Shown here: positions 26,148 through 32,000 of the stretch, piece by piece
Layout: each line of letters begins with the position of its first letter
Numbering within the stretch: position 1 is the first letter of the stretch
Source of the DNA: Acaryochloris marina MBIC11017
Lineage (GTDB): Bacteria > Cyanobacteriota > Cyanobacteriia > Thermosynechococcales > Thermosynechococcaceae
DNA: 32,000 nt
Assembly: GCF_000018105.1 (NCBI RefSeq)
Contig: NC_009925.1
Coordinates: 2,460,001 to 2,492,000 of the forward strand
Direction of reading: 5' to 3'
The notes under the pieces: generated by a model
Seen by the model: only the letters and a program-made list of their open reading frames with translations
Database searches by the model: none
Told to the model about the DNA's origin: nothing
Made by a program: the position numbers and the translations under genes

Positions 26148-27488
26148 CTATTCACCCGTAATGGATAACTCATCCACCCAGATTCTGGGGCAGATGCCAC
26201 CAGGCGTGAGTTCTGCCTCAGATTCAACATAGATAATTGATGTGAGCAGATCTCGAAAATCACCGGCAACGGTGGCAGATTCGATACTGATTTTCTCCCC
26301 TTTATTAACAAGCCAACCATCGAAAGGTAGAGAGAAAGAGCCTTGCAGAGCTTTGACGCCAGCATGCAGGGCTTGAACATCATCAATAAAGACAACATTT
26401 TCGGCAGTCTCTAAGCTGTAAGTTTGCTCAGGGGTACTGGCAGCAAACACATGGTAGAAATGTGGCCCCACGGTGACCTTAGCTCCTAGATTGGCATGAC
26501 CCGTGGGTTGAGCATCAAGACGCTTAGCCGTTCCTGAACTATGAAGGAAATGAGTGAGGACTCCTTTATCAATAATTGGAATGCGTCGTGTAGGGGTTCC
26601 TTCATCGTCGAAAGTGGTTTTGCCCACATTGTCAGCATGGAGGGCATCATCGGCAACGGAAAGTAGGGGGGATGCAATTTCCGTTCCTAGGGACTCAACC
26701 GTCGCTAGGCTGCGGTTGTCGAGTATGCTTTGGGCATTGAATAGGTTAGAGAAGGCACCTAACAAACTCAGGAACGCTTCGGCAGACAGGACAACACGAT
26801 ACTTGCCAGACGTAATCGGCTGGTAGTTGAGGTGGCTGATAGTTTTCTCTGCCGTTTCTTGCAAACACCCCTCAATGTCGAGCTGATCTAGACCTTGGCT
26901 GACTCGATATGCGCCAGCACTACGGGGACGTTTACCTTCCTGCTCCGTCACGCTGTAGAGATACACCGAACTCGATGACCGAGCTTCTTGGCGCATGGCC
27001 CCTTCACTGTTGAGGTAGAACCGCTGGGCATCTCGTTGGGCAAGGCCATTATAAGGAACACCTGAAATGGCATCATGGGCGTCCATTAACTTCGCTTCGG
27101 TTTGCACCAAGTTATCGATCAGGGTGGCAATCTCCGCCTGGGGCACCAGTTCAGATTGAGTGGTGTCTAGAGCAGCAGTGGCTTCTGGACTGAAGTCCGG
27201 CACATACTCTTTGGCCCCAAAGGCACTGGCTTCTTGGGCCGTTTTGAGGGCGAGTTCGAGTCCCTGTTCATCCACTTCGCTGGTGGTGGTGACGCCGACG
27301 GTATTGGCTTCATTCCAGACGCGGACCATAACACTGGAGCGCTTGGAGGCTTTCACCTGTTTGGGTTCACCTTGATCGACTTGGACGCTGGCTTCATCAA
27401 CGGTAGACCCACAGACATCAAACTTTTGGATGCCTAAGGCTTGGGCTTTATCTTTTGCGATCGCAGCGATGGTAGCAACATCAGACAC
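26148..27488 (-). CDS. pmbA: PmbA/TldE-family metalloprotease partner subunit (446 aa)
   Basis: GTG start. Sequence is TldD/PmbA-family throughout and lacks the HExxxH motif, as PmbA does. It lies 74 bp downstream of tldD on the same strand. Confidence 0.85.
   Translation of the reverse strand: MSDVATIAAIAKDKAQALGIQKFDVCGSTVDEASVQVDQGEPKQVKASKRSSVMVRVWNEANTVGVTTTSEVDEQGLELALKTAQEASAFGAKEYVPDFSPEATAALDTTQSELVPQAEIATLIDNLVQTEAKLMDAHDAISGVPYNGLAQRDAQRFYLNSEGAMRQEARSSSSVYLYSVTEQEGKRPRSAGAYRVSQGLDQLDIEGCLQETAEKTISHLNYQPITSGKYRVVLSAEAFLSLLGAFSNLFNAQSILDNRSLATVESLGTEIASPLLSVADDALHADNVGKTTFDDEGTPTRRIPIIDKGVLTHFLHSSGTAKRLDAQPTGHANLGAKVTVGPHFYHVFAASTPEQTYSLETAENVVFIDDVQALHAGVKALQGSFSLPFDGWLVNKGEKISIESATVAGDFRDLLTSIIYVESEAELTPGGICPRIWVDELSITGE
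27457..27464. repeat. HIP1 palindrome GCGATCGC
   Basis: Exact octamer. Confidence 0.95.
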
Positions 27489-27562
27489 GCTAACGGGTTC
27501 TCCTATTTTTTAGGTGTATTCTCTGGAATTTATAGGTGTAATAGCTTGTAGGCAGTGACGAT

Positions 27563-29032
27563 TTAACGACCACCCACGGTAATCTCATCCACTTTGATAT
27601 GGGGTTGTCCCACCGTGACGTAGATACTGCCGCTGATAGAGCCACAGAAGCCTGCCGCTAGGCCCAAATCCTGGGAGGACATGGAAATCCGCTTCATAAT
27701 CTCTTTGGCTTCCCCAATCAACGTCGCGCCTTTGAGGGGCTTGGTGATTTTGCCATTCTTAATCAGATAGGCTTCATCCACACCAAAATTGAACTCACCT
27801 GTCGGGCCGACGCTACCGCCTCCCATCTTTTTGCAATAGATACCCTTCTCCACCGAGTTAAACAAACCATCATTGGTGAAGTTACCGGGGGCAATATAGG
27901 TATTGCGCATCCGACTTGCAGCCGCATGGGTATAGCTTTGGCGACGGCCACTTCCTGTGCGGGGATGTCCGGTGCGGATACAGCCTGCTCGGTCAGATAA
28001 GAAATTTTTGAGGATGCCGTTTTCAATCAAGAGGGTGCGCTGCACGGGCATACCCTCGTCGTCCATATCAATAGAACCAAAGGCATTAGGAGATAATCCT
28101 TCGTCCCAGGCCGTTAGATTCTCATGGGCAATTTTTTGGCCTTTCATTTCCGAGAAGGGACTGGTCTGGCGCTCAATCTGAGTCGTTTCTAGCAAATGAC
28201 CACAGGCTTCATGGAAGATCACTCCGCCAAACTCATTAGCCATAATAATCGGGTAATTACCAGACTCCACATAGTCCGCATGAAGCATCTGCCCGGCGGA
28301 TTCTGAGACTTCTGCTGAATCTTCGGCATACTGCCAGGAGCGCAGAAAATTAGGGTTATTGGTGGCACCAACCCGCTTGTTAATGGAAGCGCGATCGCTG
28401 CCTTCTGCACAGAGCAAGCTATAGCCAACGGATTGAGTCAAGCGGATATCACGGGCAAATACCCCATCACTAGCCGCCACTAAAACTTCTTGCCAATCAC
28501 GGAAATAGGTGGCGCGACGAGACTGTACATGAGCAGCATCTTTGTTCAATTGGGCATTAGCAGTTAGCAAAATATCGCCCATTTCCTGCATAGAGCTACA
28601 CTTGGCTAGCCAAGTCTCTTTGCCATTGACAGAGGCGTAATCTCGCAACAGCTCTAGGTTGATTTCAGGAATAAAGGCTTGAGGCCCCGGTAGGTTCAAT
28701 CCCAGAATTGAGAGCGCTTTTTCTAAGGCCGACTTCAGGCCCTTAAAGCTCATATCATTGGTACTGACGTAGCAATCTCCCTTGCCCAGAAATACGCGTA
28801 CACCCGCGCCCGCAACCAATCGGGGTGAGATGCTGGTGATGGCATCTTCTTCGGCGAGGCAACTGATATAGTTAACCCGCTCTAGGAAAAATTCGACAAA
28901 ATCGGCTCCAGCTGCTCGGCCTAACCCCAATAGAGTCGACAAGGGCGAACGCCAGGTATCGTCAAAGCGATCGCGCGTTGCAGAATACTCTAGGGTCGGC
29001 AGTTCTTTGGAAAGCAGCGCTGTTGGAGACAT
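27563..29032 (-). CDS. tldD: TldD metalloprotease (489 aa)
   Basis: Contains the HEACGH zinc-binding motif ([14 protein letters not shown]). The glycine-rich C-terminal part is [15 protein letters not shown]. It is paired with pmbA. Confidence 0.9.
   Translation of the reverse strand: MSPTALLSKELPTLEYSATRDRFDDTWRSPLSTLLGLGRAAGADFVEFFLERVNYISCLAEEDAITSISPRLVAGAGVRVFLGKGDCYVSTNDMSFKGLKSALEKALSILGLNLPGPQAFIPEINLELLRDYASVNGKETWLAKCSSMQEMGDILLTANAQLNKDAAHVQSRRATYFRDWQEVLVAASDGVFARDIRLTQSVGYSLLCAEGSDRASINKRVGATNNPNFLRSWQYAEDSAEVSESAGQMLHADYVESGNYPIIMANEFGGVIFHEACGHLLETTQIERQTSPFSEMKGQKIAHENLTAWDEGLSPNAFGSIDMDDEGMPVQRTLLIENGILKNFLSDRAGCIRTGHPRTGSGRRQSYTHAAASRMRNTYIAPGNFTNDGLFNSVEKGIYCKKMGGGSVGPTGEFNFGVDEAYLIKNGKITKPLKGATLIGEAKEIMKRISMSSQDLGLAAGFCGSISGSIYVTVGQPHIKVDEITVGGR
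28391..28398. repeat. HIP1 palindrome GCGATCGC
   Basis: Exact octamer. Confidence 0.95.
28967..28974. repeat. HIP1 palindrome GCGATCGC
   Basis: Exact octamer. Confidence 0.95.
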
Positions 29033-29473
29033 AAATGGAGTGATCCAAATTGATTGCAGATGAACAAAAAGGAATCAGCAAATCTGATAGGAAGGGCTGA
29101 TGTAGTTAAGTGTAACAAAATCAGCTAATGCCTTCAGACTCCACTCCAATCCTTGGAGATTTATGCTCTTAACTCAAAAATTATTCGTTGAATCAGACTG
29201 AGTTGGAACAAAGATAAAATCTGTCCATGCCAACAAAAAACACCAAAATTTTGTAAACTCTGCTGATTTACCCCATAACAGTGCGAGCAGAGGTATTGAT
29301 TGTTATGGAAGCAAAATTTCTACGATTGTTTCCGCAAGGATATATGTGGTATTGATAGGTCACGACTGATTCAGTCTGCATTAGCCTTGGATTTTCCCCA
29401 TAACCCAAAGTATTTGGGAATACACAGTTTTTTTATCTGTACATTTAACTAACTTTATTTCTTTTTTATAGTC

Positions 29474-31501
29474 ATGGAGAATAACTCATCCAAGCGGGAA
29501 CTGCTCGTTAGAAACAATTTTTCTCCTTCCAATGAAAAATTAATTAAGAGTGGCTATGTAGATCAAGCACGCTTGCGAGAAGCGATTTATGAAAGTCGGC
29601 GGAAGGGACGTTCGCTGCTAGCGATCCTGCAAAAGATGACGGGGAAACCTTTACCCCCCCGACTTCTTCGACAAATCAAGCGTCAGCAGCTATTTGAGTT
29701 AAAAATTCTCTATGGACTGGATTGTCTCGATCCTGAGCTGACCCAGGTTGACTTTGACGAAATTGACCGCTTGATTCGCACCGTCATTCCCCTTGACTAT
29801 TGTCGTCGCTACCAGATTTTGCCCCTCGCCCTCAATGCCGACGTCGATCCACCAGTTGTCCGTGTGGGCATGGTCAACCCGGACCACCTCAGTGCCATTG
29901 ATGATGTTGACTATTTGCTGCGCTCCAATGGGATGACCTTCCAGCGGGTGGTTCTAGATTTGGATACTTTCCAAATGCTGATCGCCAAGTTCTTGGACGC
30001 CCAAGCCAAACGTCAGGCCACCATCCAAGCAAACCTGCCCGTTGAATATGGCCTAGAAGATGATCTAGATCGCCTACAGGGGATTGAAGATCTCTCCAGC
30101 AATGATGCAGATATCAATCTGGATGAAGCCCTACTAGATGAAAATGCAGCGCCAGTCATTTCTTTAGTTAATAAAATATTGGCAAAAGCATTACAAAATG
30201 GCATTTCTGATATTCATATTGAGCCGCAGGAAGACAATTTGCGCGTTCGTTTTCGCAAAGATGGCTTATTGCATAATGCGTTTCAGCCCCTACCTCGGCG
30301 CATTGCCCCTGCCCTCGTCTCCCGTTTCAAAATCATCGCCAACTTAGATATCGCCGAACGGCGTTTACCCCAAGATGGTCGGATTCTCCGGTTATTTCAG
30401 GGCCGCAAAGTTGACTTTCGTGTCAGTACCTTACCGAGTCGCTATGGCGAAAAGGTCGTTTTGCGGATCTTAGACAACTCATCGATGCAGCTAGGTCTCA
30501 ACCATCTGATTGATGATCCGACCAGCCTCGCAATGGTCCGTGAAATGGTGGATCGGCCTTTTGGGTTGATTTTGGTGACCGGCCCTACTGGTTCGGGTAA
30601 AACGACGACCCTATATTCAGCCTTGACGGAGCGCAATACTCCCGAAGTCAATATCAGTACCGTTGAGGACCCCATTGAATATACGCTGCCGGGGATTACC
30701 CAGGTACAGGTCTTGCGGGAAAAAGGCATGGACTTTGCCTCCATTCTGCGGGCCTTTCTACGGCAAGACCCTGATGTCCTACTCGTGGGTGAGACCCGAG
30801 ACAAGGAAACGGCTAAAACGGCGATTGAAGCCGCGTTAACGGGACACTTAGTGTTAACAACCCTACACACCAACGATGCAGCCAGTGCCATTGTTCGTTT
30901 GGCAGAAATGGATGTTGAACCGTTTATGGTCTCAGCGTCCTTATTGGGTGTGGTGGCTCAACGACTCGTCCGCCGCCTCTGTCCAGACTGTCGAATTCCC
31001 TATCGTCCTTCCCCAGAAAAGCTAGCTCAGTTTGGGTTAATGGCTTCGGCCAAAACAGAAATCACCTTTTACAAGGCCAATACCTCTACGTCTGACGATA
31101 TTTTGGCAACGGCAAATACAGAGGATGCCTGTCCCACCTGTTCCGGTATCGGCTATTCCGGGCGATGCGGGGTCTATGAAGTTATGCAGGTGACCGAAAA
31201 GTTAAAGGGACTAATTACCGAAGGTGCACCAACAGAGCATATCAAGGAAGTGGCTGTTGAAGAAGGGATGCAAACCTTGTTGGCTTATAGTTTGAAGCTG
31301 GTTGAGCAAGGCGCTACATCCTTAGAAGAAGTAGAACGGGTGACCTTCTCTGATAGCGGCTTGAAAACGGAGCTCAAGGCAAAGCGAAAAACAGCCCTCA
31401 ACTGTCATGTTTGCAATGCAGGACTCTTACCGGAGTGGTTAGACTGTCCCTACTGCCTAACGCCCAGGTTTGCAGAGCATCATCCAGCCAATCAACTCTA
31501 A
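29474..31501 (+). CDS. GspE/PilB-family secretion or pilus-assembly ATPase (675 aa) with a C-terminal extension
   Basis: N-terminal T2SSE_N-like region, Walker A GPTGSGKTTT, Asp box and Walker B (LLVGETRD), His box LTGHLVLTTLHTNDA, and the family tetracysteine CPDC...CPTC. Confidence 0.9.
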   Translation: MENNSSKRELLVRNNFSPSNEKLIKSGYVDQARLREAIYESRRKGRSLLAILQKMTGKPLPPRLLRQIKRQQLFELKILYGLDCLDPELTQVDFDEIDRLIRTVIPLDYCRRYQILPLALNADVDPPVVRVGMVNPDHLSAIDDVDYLLRSNGMTFQRVVLDLDTFQMLIAKFLDAQAKRQATIQANLPVEYGLEDDLDRLQGIEDLSSNDADINLDEALLDENAAPVISLVNKILAKALQNGISDIHIEPQEDNLRVRFRKDGLLHNAFQPLPRRIAPALVSRFKIIANLDIAERRLPQDGRILRLFQGRKVDFRVSTLPSRYGEKVVLRILDNSSMQLGLNHLIDDPTSLAMVREMVDRPFGLILVTGPTGSGKTTTLYSALTERNTPEVNISTVEDPIEYTLPGITQVQVLREKGMDFASILRAFLRQDPDVLLVGETRDKETAKTAIEAALTGHLVLTTLHTNDAASAIVRLAEMDVEPFMVSASLLGVVAQRLVRRLCPDCRIPYRPSPEKLAQFGLMASAKTEITFYKANTSTSDDILATANTEDACPTCSGIGYSGRCGVYEVMQVTEKLKGLITEGAPTEHIKEVAVEEGMQTLLAYSLKLVEQGATSLEEVERVTFSDSGLKTELKAKRKTALNCHVCNAGLLPEWLDCPYCLTPRFAEHHPANQL

Positions 31502-31546
31502 AGGGTGTTGTCCCAAAAGAGATCGGGCTATGGCAAGCTGTGAACT

Positions 31547-32000
31547 GTGAGCTTGCCCCGTTTGCTATTCCTGACTGAACGTTTTCCACCCGATATGGGC
31601 GGCGTCGCCCGCAGTGCGGGGCGGATTGTCACCTCTATTCAAAGCTTGGGAATTGCCGTAGATGTGGTGACCTGGAGTCGGTATCTACAGCCAGGGGAGG
31701 TGAGCGCCGAGCAGGTCGGCTCAGGCCGAGTCTATCGACTGGGGTTGTATCGTCATTGGGATGCAACAATGCCCCATACCCTTAATATTTTGGATGGCCT
31801 ACATCAAGCGTCTCCCTTTGAGGCTGTTTGGGGGCATTATTTATTTCCTGCTGGTTTTTTAGGGGTGTGGTTTGGCCGACAACATCAAATACCGACGCTG
31901 GTGAGTGCACGGGGTAACGACATCGATCGAGAACTATTTCCCCCTGGAGACTTTGCCCGCTTGCAGTGGACACTCACCCATGCCTCAACCCTCACAGCAG
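31547..32000 (+). CDS. GT4-family glycosyltransferase, 5' partial (continues beyond the window)
   Basis: My own translation from GTG 31547 gives MSLPRLLFLTERFPPDMGGVARSAGRIV...VSARGNDIDR, typical of a GT4 N-terminal domain. The frame is open to the window end. An in-frame stop at 31541-31543 limits the upstream extent. TTG 31553 or 31562 are alternative starts. Confidence 0.7.
   Translation, partial: MSLPRLLFLTERFPPDMGGVARSAGRIVTSIQSLGIAVDVVTWSRYLQPGEVSAEQVGSGRVYRLGLYRHWDATMPHTLNILDGLHQASPFEAVWGHYLFPAGFLGVWFGRQHQIPTLVSARGNDIDRELFPPGDFARLQWTLTHASTLTA

Noticed and set aside
1-32000. tRNA, rRNA or tmRNA genes
   Set aside because: A scan by eye of the intergenic regions found no T-loop (GGTTCGAATCC-like) or cloverleaf-compatible sequence, and no rRNA-like conserved blocks. 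The only GTTCGAA-like strings lie inside the Pro-rich CDS.

Overview
This window is a cyanobacterial chromosomal segment. The evidence is a psaA-psaB photosystem I operon and at least 11 copies of the HIP1 palindrome GCGATCGC, where about 0.5 would be expected by chance.

Gene content, left to right:
- two small orphan genes (-)
- a 1364-aa protein with tandem class III nucleotidyl cyclase domains, a STAND/AAA_16 NTPase and TPR repeats (+)
- a 1.49-kb IS4-superfamily insertion sequence that has landed in the last codons of that gene
- GNAT acetyltransferase (-) and a YdcF/DUF218 protein (-)
- a 1265-aa secreted protein with a roughly 950-aa Pro/Ser/Thr/Lys-rich tail carrying a periodically repeated motif (-)
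- psaA and psaB with a strong terminator (+)
- a two-gene operon encoding a DM13 lipoprotein and a SemiSWEET-like protein (-)
- an XPB-like SF2 helicase (-)
- a TerB/Mo-nitrogenase-C fusion protein (+)
- class III alcohol dehydrogenase / S-(hydroxymethyl)glutathione dehydrogenase (+)
- a 1.1-kb AT-rich non-coding gap
- a triple-FHA ABC transporter with fused ATPase and permease (+)
- tldD-pmbA (-)
- a GspE/PilB-family ATPase with an extra C-terminal zinc ribbon (+)
- the 5' part of a GT4 glycosyltransferase (+)

I found no rRNA, tRNA or CRISPR array.

I cannot demonstrate a complete novel multi-gene system from sequence alone. The observations most worth follow-up are:
1. The cyclase-STAND-TPR protein. 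Its two cyclase domains carry complementary halves of a single active site.
2. A natural Met-to-Leu replacement of the A0 chlorophyll axial ligand in PsaB only. PsaA keeps Met.
3. The giant disordered secreted protein with six copies of an F-S-x-(L/F)-R-x-(R/K)-W-Q-Q motif.
4. The FHA-ABC transporter preceded by a large AT-rich gap.

All family assignments come from motif recognition by eye and need HMM or BLAST confirmation.
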